From contig OZ241892.1 in assembly GCA_965203485.1 (NCBI GenBank), positions 1,344,001-1,408,000 on the forward strand: a stretch of 64,000 nt of DNA, read 5' to 3'. Under the pieces are notes generated by a model. That model was not told where the DNA came from and ran no database searches. It saw nothing but the letters and a program-made list of their open reading frames with translations. Of this stretch, positions 40,988 through 50,327 are shown piece by piece (positions within the stretch are counted from its first letter, which is position 1; each line of letters opens with the position of its first letter). The DNA comes from Longimicrobiales bacterium (GTDB lineage Bacteria; Gemmatimonadota; Gemmatimonadetes; Longimicrobiales; Gaopeijiaceae). Both the position numbers and the translations under genes were made by a program.

Positions 40988-42253
40988 ATGCACGAGGTGC
41001 GCGAGCGACGGCGGGTAGCAGTGACCGGGCTGGGCTTGGTGAGCCCCGTGGGCCTCGACGCCGAGTCGACGTGGGCCGCCTTGCTCGACGGCAAGCCGGG
41101 CGGCGGGCCGATCACTCTCTTCGACGCCCACGAGGGATTCGCCACGCGGATCGCCTGCGAGGTCAAGGGCTTCGATCCCCTGCGGCACATGGATCGCAAG
41201 GAGTCGCGCCGCTACGACCGGTTTGCCCAGCTCGCACTGGCCGCGGCGGACGAGGCGATGCGCTCCGCCGGGCTGGACGGACCGCCTGCGGGTTGCAGCG
41301 CGTCCGCGTTCGGCGTGATCTGCGGGAGCGGGATCGGGGGGATCGACACGTTCGAGAAGAATTGCGAGGCGTTGCTCTCGAAGGGTCCCGCGCGCGTGAG
41401 CCCGTTCTTCGTCCCCATGTACATACCGGACATCGCGCCGGGGCTGATCTCGATCCGCTACGGGCTCAAGGGCCCGAACTACGCCACGGTGTCGGCCTGC
41501 GCCTCCAGCGCGCACGCCATCGGCGCGGCGGCCCGCTACATCGAGCGCGGCGACGCCGATCTGATGCTGGCGGGCGGCACGGAAGCATCCGTCACTCCGC
41601 TCACGATCGGCGGGTTCGCGGCGATGAAGGCGATGTCCACGCGCAACGACGATCCGAAGCGGGCCAGCCGTCCGTTCGACGCCACCCGCGACGGCTTCGT
41701 CATCGGCGAGGGGGCAGGTTGCCTCATCCTGGAGGGACTGGATCACGCGCTGAGCCGGGACGCCGAGATCCTGGGCGAGATCGCGGGCTACGGTCTGTCG
41801 AGCGACGCTCATCACATCACCGCGCCGCCGGACGACGGGGAGGGCGCCCAGCGCGCAATGCGCATGGCCATGGACGACGCGGGCATCGGCCCGGAGCACG
41901 TAGCGTACGTGAACGCCCACGGCACTTCCACTCCTCTCAACGACGCCACCGAGACCGAGGCGATCAAGTCCGTCTTCGGAGCGCGCGCCTACGATCTCGT
42001 CGTCGGCTCGACCAAGTCCATGACCGGCCACCTTCTGGGCGCCGCGGGGGCCGTGGAGGCCGCCTTCTGCCTGTTGGCGTGCCGCAACGGCAAGGTTCCT
42101 CCGACGATCAACTTCGTCGAACGCGACGACGCGTGCGATCTGGAGTACGCGCACGGCGGCGTGGTCGAGCGGCCCGTCGAGTACGCGCTGAGCAACTCTT
42201 TCGGGTTCGGCGGCCACAACGTTTGCCTCGTCTTGCGCAGATACGAGAAGTAG
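40988..42253 (+). CDS. fabF: 3-oxoacyl-ACP synthase II
   Basis: SACAS, NAHGTST, GHLLGAAG, SNSFGFGGHN. Confidence 0.97.
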   Translation: MHEVRERRRVAVTGLGLVSPVGLDAESTWAALLDGKPGGGPITLFDAHEGFATRIACEVKGFDPLRHMDRKESRRYDRFAQLALAAADEAMRSAGLDGPPAGCSASAFGVICGSGIGGIDTFEKNCEALLSKGPARVSPFFVPMYIPDIAPGLISIRYGLKGPNYATVSACASSAHAIGAAARYIERGDADLMLAGGTEASVTPLTIGGFAAMKAMSTRNDDPKRASRPFDATRDGFVIGEGAGCLILEGLDHALSRDAEILGEIAGYGLSSDAHHITAPPDDGEGAQRAMRMAMDDAGIGPEHVAYVNAHGTSTPLNDATETEAIKSVFGARAYDLVVGSTKSMTGHLLGAAGAVEAAFCLLACRNGKVPPTINFVERDDACDLEYAHGGVVERPVEYALSNSFGFGGHNVCLVLRRYEK

Positions 42254-42256
42254 CGG

Positions 42257-42766
42257 ATGGCGGGCCCTCCGCCGCTTCGGGTCGGCGCTGGATACGATTC
42301 GCATCGCTTCGACCCCGGGCGGCCCCTCGTGCTGGGCGGCGTGCGCTTTCCGGAGTCGGCGGGACTGGCGGGGTTCTCGGACGGAGACGCAGTCGCGCAC
42401 GCGGTGATCGACGCGTTGCTGGGCGCCGCGGCGCTGGGCGACGTGGGGCGGCATTTTCCGCCGGGCGACTCGCGGTGGCGCGACGCCGACTCGATGGAGC
42501 TGCTTGGCCGGGTGGTCCGGATGGTTCGGGAAGAATCGTGGGAAGTCGGCAACGTCGACTTGACGGTCGTGTGCGAGCATCCGAGGATCGGGCCGCGCGC
42601 CGCGGAGATGACGGAGGCGCTGGCCGGGCGCTTGGGCGTGGGACGCCGTTGCGTCTCGGTGAAGGCGAAGACGAACGAGGGCATGGGATGGATCGGCCGC
42701 CGGGAGGGCGTGGCGGTTCACGCGGTGGCGCTTCTGGTGCGGACGACGGTCCCGCCGTCGGGTTGA
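42257..42766 (+). CDS. ispF: 2-C-methyl-D-erythritol 2,4-cyclodiphosphate synthase
   Basis: RVGAGYDSH, SDGD...HA..DALLGA, KAKTNE. Confidence 0.95.
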   Translation: MAGPPPLRVGAGYDSHRFDPGRPLVLGGVRFPESAGLAGFSDGDAVAHAVIDALLGAAALGDVGRHFPPGDSRWRDADSMELLGRVVRMVREESWEVGNVDLTVVCEHPRIGPRAAEMTEALAGRLGVGRRCVSVKAKTNEGMGWIGRREGVAVHAVALLVRTTVPPSG

Positions 42767-42775
42767 GTTCCGGTC

Positions 42776-43573
42776 GTGAACGAGGCCCTGGCCTTCCTCG
42801 ACGGCCTTCCGCCTTGGCTCGTCTACGCGGCGCTGGCCGGGGGAGCGGCAGTCGAGAACGTGTTGCCCATGGTGCCGGCCGACACCTTCATCGCCGCGGG
42901 GGGCTTCTTGGCGGGACGCGGAGCGATCGGCGTCGCGGGCGCGTTCCTGGTGGTCTGGGGATTCAACGCCGGGGGTGCGCTGGCCGTCTACGGCCTGGGG
43001 CGCAGGCACGGTCCCGGGTTCTTCCGCACGAAACTGGGCCGCCGGGTCGCCACGGAGGACCAGATGGAGGCGCTGGGTCGCTTTTACGGACGCTGGGGAG
43101 TGGCGGCGATCTTCGCCTCGCGGTTCCTGCCCGGGTTCAGGGCGCTGGCGCCGGTGTTCGCGGGCGCGACCGGCCAGGCCGTGTTGCGAGTGGCGCCGCC
43201 GGTGCTGGTCGCTTCCGCTCTTTGGTACGGCGCACTGTTGCGGTTGGGCTACCTGGCGGGCGAGAACATGGGAGAAGTCGCGGCCGTCCTGGGCCGGACG
43301 AATCGAGGCCTGCTGGCGGCGTCGGCGGTCTTGGCCGTCTGCTTGGCCGCTTGGTGGTGGCGCGCGCGCCGGGCGGCAAGGCGAGGGACGGCCGGTCGCG
43401 GGCCGGCGCGGCCGGAGGAGACGAACGGCGGGCCCAGGGACGGCGCGCGGGGAGAGCCGGGTTCCGTCGCCTGCGCCGCGGAACTCGGCGCTGGGGCGGA
43501 CGCCGGGCGGGGGAAGGGGGCCGCGGAAGCGCCGGACGAGGCCGAGCGGGAGCGCGCAGGGAGCCCTGCGTGA
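42776..43573 (+). CDS. DedA family membrane protein
   Basis: EN..P.VP.D, Y.LGR..G, SRFLPGFR; low-complexity tail. Confidence 0.9.
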   Translation: MNEALAFLDGLPPWLVYAALAGGAAVENVLPMVPADTFIAAGGFLAGRGAIGVAGAFLVVWGFNAGGALAVYGLGRRHGPGFFRTKLGRRVATEDQMEALGRFYGRWGVAAIFASRFLPGFRALAPVFAGATGQAVLRVAPPVLVASALWYGALLRLGYLAGENMGEVAAVLGRTNRGLLAASAVLAVCLAAWWWRARRAARRGTAGRGPARPEETNGGPRDGARGEPGSVACAAELGAGADAGRGKGAAEAPDEAERERAGSPA

Positions 43574-43744
43574 CCCGGCCCGCGAGATGTCGGCGGGCCC
43601 ATGTGGGCGAGGCGCCCGTAAGCGGAGGGTCCGCGCTGGGCGTCCCGGCCTTCGCGGAGGCGCGCGCGCGTTGCATGGCGATGCCGTCGCCTCGGGCGGC
43701 GTCGCGGGCCGCTCGTCGCGCGGGCGTGCGCATGTGTTGCGAAC

Positions 43745-44668
43745 ATGCGTAGGGAGGCCGGGGAGGACGCCTACCAACGCCGGTTCTTCCTGGAACCGTT
43801 CGTGGACTTTCTCGAGCTGGAGAGGGGCCTGCGGGCGGGAACCGTCGCCGCATACAGGAACGACCTGGCACGCTTTCTGCGGTTCGCCCGGGAGACCGCC
43901 GTGGAGGCGCCCCGCCATCTCACCGACCGCGTCCTTCACGCCTATGTGGCGGCGATGGGCGAAGAGGGGATGGCCCCCGCGTCGATCCGCAGGACGCAGT
44001 CGGCGTTGCGCGCGTACTTCGCCTTTCTCTCGGGCGAAGGCGTCCTGGCCGAGAATCCGTCGGACCGCATGGACTCGCCGAAGAATCGGGGTGCGTTGCC
44101 GGAATTCCTTACCCAGGACGAAGCGGCGCGGCTCGTCGGCGCCGTGGACCCGGACTCGCCGGCCCACTGGCGCGACCGGGCCGTGCTGGAGCTGCTCTAT
44201 GCGACGGGGATGCGGGTGAGCGAGCTGGTCGGCCTCAAGGTTTCGATGCTCGACCTCGACCAAGGCGACTGCCTGGTGCTGGGCAAGGGCGGCAAGGAGC
44301 GCTTGGCGCCGGTTGGCCGGATCGCCTGCAACGCGCTGGACCGCTACCTCCGGAGCGTTCGTCCGCGCCTGGACAAGGGACGGAGCGGGGGGGCCGTGTT
44401 CTTGAACCAAAGGGGCGGTCCGCTCACCCGCGCTTCGGTATGGACCATCGTGCGGCGGGCGGCGGCCAGGGCGGGCATCCAGCGCAAGGTGTCGCCGCAC
44501 ACGCTCCGCCATACCTGCGCCACCCATTTGCTGGAAGGTGGCGCCGACTTGGCCGCCGTCCAGGAACTGCTGGGCCACGCGAGCATCGCCACCACCCAGA
44601 TATACACGCACCTCGACCGCGAGCACCTTCGCCGCGCGCACGGCAAGTACCATCCGCGCGGCGGCTGA
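43745..44668 (+). CDS. xerD: Tyrosine recombinase XerD
   Basis: LELLYATGMRVSEL, GKGGKER, SPHTLRH..ATHLL, LGH...TTQIYTH; housekeeping context. Confidence 0.92.
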   Translation: MRREAGEDAYQRRFFLEPFVDFLELERGLRAGTVAAYRNDLARFLRFARETAVEAPRHLTDRVLHAYVAAMGEEGMAPASIRRTQSALRAYFAFLSGEGVLAENPSDRMDSPKNRGALPEFLTQDEAARLVGAVDPDSPAHWRDRAVLELLYATGMRVSELVGLKVSMLDLDQGDCLVLGKGGKERLAPVGRIACNALDRYLRSVRPRLDKGRSGGAVFLNQRGGPLTRASVWTIVRRAAARAGIQRKVSPHTLRHTCATHLLEGGADLAAVQELLGHASIATTQIYTHLDREHLRRAHGKYHPRGG

Positions 44669-44782
44669 CTTCCGGCCGCGAGCGACTCGACGAAAGCCGC
44701 GGTGCGTCCGGCATGGGCGCCCGCGTCGCGGATCGGCGGCGCATGACGCCGGTCCGTCAGGCCGGTTGCACCGTGTTCCGCG

Positions 44783-45493
44783 TTACGGCGGACTCAACTC
44801 TTCGAGCGGGACGTAGTACTTGGCGTAGCGGCGTCCGTTGCTGTACGGCTGGCCGGCGGGATCGGCAACGAGAACCGTGGCGCGCTTTGTCACGCGGTTG
44901 ACGCGGCCCGTCAGGCGGACGCCGTCGCATTCGAACGCGACGCGCGAGCCCACGACGATTCCCGCGCGCGCGGCGCGGGCGCGGCGAGTCAGGAGTTCGT
45001 GCGTGAAGCGGCGGTGGCCGAAGAGCGCTTTGGCCATCTGCTGAAACGGTCGTCGGTTGCAGTGGCTGTCGTTCGTGGCCGCGTACTCCACGACGTGCAC
45101 GAACTCGTGCTCGACGATGCGTTGCAGCGCTTCGAGGCGACTGGCGCAGGGCAGGCCGGCGACGGTCGCAGGGGGATCGTCGTCGCCGAAGCCGTCGAAG
45201 AGCAGGAAAGCGGACACGGCGACCTCGAAGTCGGGCGCGCCCCGCGCGCGGGCCAGCCGCGCGGCGGTTCCGGCGGTCCGCGTCATCCGCGTCGAGAGCC
45301 GAAAACGGATTTCTCCGGGCGCCACGGCGCGCCGGCACAAGCCTCCCAGGAAGACCCGGTCGCATTCGTCGAAGATGAACGCCACGTCGTCGGCTTGGAG
45401 GCGCTCGACGCCGGCGCTCCCCATGTGCGGAGACTTGGCGAGCGCCGCGTCGCGAATCTGCTTCTGCAGGGAGCGCACGTTGCCGGGCGCCAA
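44783..45493 (-). CDS. SprT-like zinc metalloprotease
   Basis: STRMTRTAG, HEFVH (HExxH) with a downstream His, C-terminal SH3-like RVNRVTKRATVLV. Start uncertain. Confidence 0.75.
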   Translation of the reverse strand: MAPGNVRSLQKQIRDAALAKSPHMGSAGVERLQADDVAFIFDECDRVFLGGLCRRAVAPGEIRFRLSTRMTRTAGTAARLARARGAPDFEVAVSAFLLFDGFGDDDPPATVAGLPCASRLEALQRIVEHEFVHVVEYAATNDSHCNRRPFQQMAKALFGHRRFTHELLTRRARAARAGIVVGSRVAFECDGVRLTGRVNRVTKRATVLVADPAGQPYSNGRRYAKYYVPLEELSPP

Positions 45494-45569
45494 CCCCGGC
45501 GAGAGGGCGCGGGCCAGCAGCTCGGAGCGGAGCGATGCGGGCGCCTGCGCGGCCGGCCGGTCGCGCGCC

Positions 45570-47402
45570 TCAGCGCTCGGGGCCAGCGGCGCCCCGCCTT
45601 GCTGTGACGGCGAACAGCTCTTCTTGGGTCATGGCCGAGCGCGCAAGCTCCAGGGCCGCGGCGAGCACGTCGTCCCGCTCCGCCTGCACTTCCAGCGCCA
45701 GGTGACGGGCTCCGGCCCGGTTCAGATACCGCACTTGCGCGCGCCAGCGCAGGTAGTCGCGGACGACGGGGTCGTGCACGACCGAGTCCGGAATCCCGGC
45801 CTCGACCAAGCTTGTTGCGACCTCGTCCAGTCGTCCGGCGGGCAGGGGCTCGACGCGATCCGATGCGCGTCGGGCTTGCTTGGCGAGTTCGAAGGCGTGC
45901 TCCTCGATCAGCACGAACAGCGAGGCCCCGGCACGGCCGGCGGCGGCGATCAACTCGCGTTCCTCCGGCTTCAGCAGGGCGTCTTCCACCGCCACGTCCG
46001 GGAACACGCCTCCGCCGGACTGCAACGACCGGCCCGAGGCGGTCGTGCGCGCCTGCGCCTTGGCGTCCTCGGGCGCGAGCGTGCCGTCGCGTTGCCGAAG
46101 GCGGTGCAGCGAGCGGCCCAGCGGCGTGTACCACGAGCCCGTCGTCACGCTGATCTGGCGTCCGGCCGGCAACGGAAACACGGTCTGCACCAAGCCCTTG
46201 CCGAAAGTGCGTTCGCCGACCACCACGGCCCTGTCGTGGTCCTGAAGCGCGCCGGCGATGATCTCCGCCGCCGACGCCGTGTACTCGTCGACGAGCACGA
46301 GCAACGGCTTCTCCGGGTTGCGGGCGGGCGATCTCGCCCTCCATGCGTTGCGATTGACCGCGCCGTTGCCCGCGCGCGCGTCGGCGCTGGCCAGGGTCTG
46401 GCCGGGAGCCAGGAACAGGTCGGCGGACTGCAACGCCTCGTCGAGAAAGCCGCCGGGGTTGCCGCGGAAGTCCAGGACGACCGCGCGCGCGTCCGCGGCG
46501 TCGTCGAGCGCCGCGGCGAGCTCGTCGGCGGCCCCGCGGGCGATCCGGTCCACGAGCAAGTAGACGACGCCGTCCTCGAAGCGCGCCGGCGCGACGGCTG
46601 CCACGTGCACGGTGTCTCGCTCGATTGCCATCGCGATCGCGCCCGAAACGCCGTCGCGCTCGACCTTCAGCTTCACGACCGACCCCGGAGGTCCGCGAAT
46701 GGCGTCGCGCGCCTGGTCGAGGGACCACTCGGTCGCGTCTTCTTCCTCAACTCGCACGATCCTGTCGCCGACGATCATGCCGGCCCGCTCGGCCGGGGTC
46801 TCGCGAAAGACGGCCGTGACCGTCACGCGCTCCCGCAGGTGGGTGATCTGCACGCCGATGCCGGCGTAGTTGCCGGTGTTTCGCTCCTCGAAGCGCCCGT
46901 ACTCGGCCGGAGTGAAGACGTTGGAATAGGGATCGTCCAGCTGGTCGAGAAGCGCATCGATCGCCCGCTCCCAGAGCGTCGAGTCGGCCGGGACCGGATC
47001 GCCCGCCTGGGACGCGGCGAGCAGCGCGTCCACGAACGGGCGCGCTTCCGGACTCTCGAACGGGTCGAGCCGAGCGTCGCCGATCGCGAGCGCCGGCGCG
47101 GAGCCGTTCGAGTCTGCCGCCGGATGGTGGAGGAGCGCGAGCGAAGCGGTGTCCAGTTGCTCCAGGAGCCCTTCGGCGGCGCCGTGCCACAGCGCGGAAT
47201 CGCCGAGCGCCGACGCATGGTGCCGCGAGAGCGCCTGGAGCGCAGCCAGAAAGACGCGCGCTCCGTCGTCGTCGAAGGGACGGCTGGTTGCCTGATCGCG
47301 CGCAACGGGCGGGGCGTCGAGGCGCTGGCCGAGCGCCGTGCCGGGAAAGGCGAGGACGGAGCCTGCGAGGCCGAGAACAAGTGCACGGGCGCTGGGGAAC
47401 AT
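45570..47402 (-). CDS. S41 family C-terminal processing peptidase (CtpA-like, with PDZ)
   Basis: Signal peptide, YAGIG (PDZ), DFRGNPGG, TASAAEI (Ser), TFGKG (Lys). Confidence 0.93.
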   Translation of the reverse strand: MFPSARALVLGLAGSVLAFPGTALGQRLDAPPVARDQATSRPFDDDGARVFLAALQALSRHHASALGDSALWHGAAEGLLEQLDTASLALLHHPAADSNGSAPALAIGDARLDPFESPEARPFVDALLAASQAGDPVPADSTLWERAIDALLDQLDDPYSNVFTPAEYGRFEERNTGNYAGIGVQITHLRERVTVTAVFRETPAERAGMIVGDRIVRVEEEDATEWSLDQARDAIRGPPGSVVKLKVERDGVSGAIAMAIERDTVHVAAVAPARFEDGVVYLLVDRIARGAADELAAALDDAADARAVVLDFRGNPGGFLDEALQSADLFLAPGQTLASADARAGNGAVNRNAWRARSPARNPEKPLLVLVDEYTASAAEIIAGALQDHDRAVVVGERTFGKGLVQTVFPLPAGRQISVTTGSWYTPLGRSLHRLRQRDGTLAPEDAKAQARTTASGRSLQSGGGVFPDVAVEDALLKPEERELIAAAGRAGASLFVLIEEHAFELAKQARRASDRVEPLPAGRLDEVATSLVEAGIPDSVVHDPVVRDYLRWRAQVRYLNRAGARHLALEVQAERDDVLAAALELARSAMTQEELFAVTARRGAAGPER

Positions 47403-47516
47403 GAGCTTCCTTCAAGTGGGGTCGCGGCGGCCTTAAGATAATCGCATGGTCGGCCGGCCGCGCCGGGCCGCGAAAGAGAGCTGGATTGTGCTCCGGGCCT
47501 TGCAAAGGAGAGGGCG

Positions 47517-49460
47517 ATGAACCACCGCGCGGTGCGCGTGCAGCTGTCGCAGATCAAGCCCGTCAAGGGCGACGTGCAGGCCAACGCGTCGGCAGTCCGC
47601 GAAGCGCTGGCGCCTGATGCCGATTTGGCCGTCTTCCCGGAGACCGTGCTTTCGGGATACTTCGTCGAGGGCGCCGTGCGCGAGGTCGCGATCTCGGCCG
47701 GCGAACTCGTCCGGACGCTCGGCGCTCCGCCGCCCGAATGCCGGTGCGACGTGGCGCTGGGCTTCTACGAGCAGTACCGGCGCGGCGTCTACAACAGCAT
47801 GGCGTACCTGTCGCCGGCGGGCGCCCGCTACGAGGTCGTGCACGTGCACCGCAAGGTGTTCCTGCCCACGTACGGCCTGTTCGAGGAGCGGAGGTTCGTG
47901 TCTCCGGGACACGACTTTCGCGCGTTCGACACGCGTTTCGGGCGCGTGGGCATGCTCGTCTGCGAGGACATGTGGCATTCCTTGCCCGCTTCGGCGCTGG
48001 CGCTGGACGGGGCCGAGGTCGTGTTGTGCGGCGCGGCGTCGCCGGCACGCGGATTCGGGCGAGACTCGGCGCGCCCGGGCAACCTCGAGACGTGGGATCG
48101 AATCGGGGCGCGCACCGCCGAGGAACACGGCCTCTTTGTGCTGGTCGCGCATCTGGTGGGTTCGGAAGGCGGCAAGCTCTTTGCCGGCGGGTCGGCCGCA
48201 TGGGGGCCGGCGGGGGCGTTGCTGGCTCGCGGGCCCTTGTTCGGAGAGGGCGGCGTTCCGGTCTCGGTCGCGTTGGACGACATCGGCAGGGTGAGGGTCC
48301 AGCAGCCGCTCCTTTCGGACTTGAGCGCGGCGCTGCCGCTGTTGCGCCGCTCGCTCGACCGCGCCTGGGCAGCCGAGGCCGATGGAAGCGGACGCGGCGC
48401 CGGAGTCGCTTCTCATGCCGGCGCCGCCGGGGCGGACGGACGTGGGGATGGCGCCGGAATCGTTTCTCCGCCGGGGTCGGCCGACGACGCCGAGCCGGGA
48501 GGCCGCAACGGCCTCTCTCCGCGCGAGGTCGCGCGGGACCGGCGGCGGACTGCCGGGCCTGCGGCCGATGCGGCCGAACCGATCGAGACTGGAGTACGCT
48601 CGGAGGCGGCCGCGACGACGTCCGAGCGTCCGGCCGCGGAGGACTACGACGCGCTGGCGATCAATCCGGGCCTAGTGGAGGCGGCTCTGATCGAGTTCAT
48701 CCGCGAGGAGACTTCGCGACGAGGGTTCTCGCGGGTCGTGGTGGGCGTTTCGGGCGGAATGGACTCGGCCGTGTCGCTGTTCCTGGCCTGCAGCGCGCTG
48801 GGCCCGGGCAACGTCTACGCGTTTTGCCTGCCGTACGCGACGTCCAGCCCGGACGCGCTCGCCCATGCCGGCTTGGCCTTGAAGGCGACCGGAGCCCGCG
48901 CCCGAACGGTCTCCGTCAGCCCCGCGGTGGACGCCTACGTGGACGAGCACGAGCCGTCCGTGTCTCCGGAGCGGCGGGGGAACCTGGCCGCGCGGTTCCG
49001 CTCGGTGGTCCTGTTCGACCAGGCGGCCAAGCTCGGCGCGCTGCCGCTCGGCACGGGCAACAAGAGCGAGCGCCTGCTCGGCTACTACACTTGGCACGCC
49101 GACGACTCGCCGCCGATCAACCCTTTGGGCGACTTGTTCAAGCTCCAAGTCGCCGAACTCGCCGAGCACCTGGGCGTTCCCGCCGAGATCGTCGGCAAGC
49201 CGCCCAGCGCTGACCTGGTCGAGGACGTGCACGACGAAGACGAGCTCGGGATCGCCTACGACCGCGCGGACCCCATCCTTCGCCGCCTGCTCGACGGACA
49301 CTCGCCGGACGCGCTCGTGGCGGCCGGCTTCCGAGGCGATGAAGTGCGGACCGTCTGGACGCGCCTGTCTTCCACGCACTGGAAGCGCGAACTGCCGACC
49401 GTCGCGCTCCTGTCGAACACGGCCATCGGCGAGTCGTATCTCCGTCCGGTCGACTACTAG
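47517..49460 (+). CDS. nadE: Glutamine-dependent NAD+ synthetase (nitrilase-type glutaminase + NadE)
   Basis: FPE/HRK/CED triad, about 100-aa low-complexity linker, SGGMDS, GTGNKSE, KPPSADL. Confidence 0.93.
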   Translation: MNHRAVRVQLSQIKPVKGDVQANASAVREALAPDADLAVFPETVLSGYFVEGAVREVAISAGELVRTLGAPPPECRCDVALGFYEQYRRGVYNSMAYLSPAGARYEVVHVHRKVFLPTYGLFEERRFVSPGHDFRAFDTRFGRVGMLVCEDMWHSLPASALALDGAEVVLCGAASPARGFGRDSARPGNLETWDRIGARTAEEHGLFVLVAHLVGSEGGKLFAGGSAAWGPAGALLARGPLFGEGGVPVSVALDDIGRVRVQQPLLSDLSAALPLLRRSLDRAWAAEADGSGRGAGVASHAGAAGADGRGDGAGIVSPPGSADDAEPGGRNGLSPREVARDRRRTAGPAADAAEPIETGVRSEAAATTSERPAAEDYDALAINPGLVEAALIEFIREETSRRGFSRVVVGVSGGMDSAVSLFLACSALGPGNVYAFCLPYATSSPDALAHAGLALKATGARARTVSVSPAVDAYVDEHEPSVSPERRGNLAARFRSVVLFDQAAKLGALPLGTGNKSERLLGYYTWHADDSPPINPLGDLFKLQVAELAEHLGVPAEIVGKPPSADLVEDVHDEDELGIAYDRADPILRRLLDGHSPDALVAAGFRGDEVRTVWTRLSSTHWKRELPTVALLSNTAIGESYLRPVDY

Positions 49461-49467
49461 CGACCCG

Positions 49468-50154
49468 GTGGCAGAAGACCCTCGCCCTCCGAGATCGCAC
49501 GTCTTCGGCACGGCCGCCTCCCGGGCGAACGGCCCCGGCGGGGCCGCCCGGACACGCCGGCCGGACGGCGGCTTGGCGTCCGCGACGACGGCCGCGCCCG
49601 AACTTCGCATCCATGCGGACGAGTCCTGCTTGGGCAACCAGTTCGCCGGGCGCCGGCGGCCTGGAGGGGCGGGCGCGCTCGTGGAGGCGTGGACCGGCGA
49701 CCACTGGACGCGCCAGGACCTTTGGCTGAGCTCGCCCGACACGACCAACAACCGCATGGCCCTCGCGATCGCCATCCGTTTGCTGGAGACGCTTGGCCGG
49801 CCTAGCCGCGCAGTCTTCGTCTCGGACTCGCAGTACTTGGTCAAGGGAGCGTCGCAGTGGATGCAGGCATGGAAGAGGAAGGGATGGAAACGCAAGGGCG
49901 GCCCGATCGAGAACGTGGAGATGTGGCGCCGGCTCGACGCGGCGCTGGCGAAGCACGAAGTGCGATGGGAATGGGTCAGGGGTCACGCGGGAAATCCCCG
50001 CAACGAGTACGCGGACCACTTGGCCACGCGCGCGGCCCGCGAGCAGTACGCGTCCTCCGGCCTCGTGCCGTCGGCGTTTCCGGACTGGCTGGAGGAGCAG
50101 CGCGGCACGCGGGGGCGGTTCCTGGACTTCTGCGAACGTGCCCCCCCGAACTAG
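49468..50154 (+). CDS. rnhA: Ribonuclease HI
   Basis: HADESC.GN, TTNNRM, SDSQY, WVRGHAG...NE.AD. Start uncertain. Confidence 0.92.
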   Translation: MAEDPRPPRSHVFGTAASRANGPGGAARTRRPDGGLASATTAAPELRIHADESCLGNQFAGRRRPGGAGALVEAWTGDHWTRQDLWLSSPDTTNNRMALAIAIRLLETLGRPSRAVFVSDSQYLVKGASQWMQAWKRKGWKRKGGPIENVEMWRRLDAALAKHEVRWEWVRGHAGNPRNEYADHLATRAAREQYASSGLVPSAFPDWLEEQRGTRGRFLDFCERAPPN

Positions 50155-50327
50155 GCGGCTTGCTGGGCGGCTGGAGCCGGGCCGCGCCGCGTCTCGGCGC
50201 GTGCGCGCTGGCGGTCGCGATCGGCGTAGGGCCACAACGCCGGCGTGGTTGACGAACAGGTTGCTCTTGGCGGTGCGCGGTCCGGTTGCGACTCGACGGG
50301 CAGGGAGGGTACGCGCTGGTCGGCCGG

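Noticed and set aside
36590..42253. Fatty-acid genes as a secondary-metabolite (type II PKS) cluster
   Set aside because: Canonical rpmF-plsX-fabH-fabD-fabG-acpP-fabF primary metabolism operon; no chain-length factor or tailoring genes.
43745..44668. Tyrosine recombinase as a prophage or island integrase
   Set aside because: Length and motifs fit housekeeping XerD; no att sites, tRNA or phage genes nearby.
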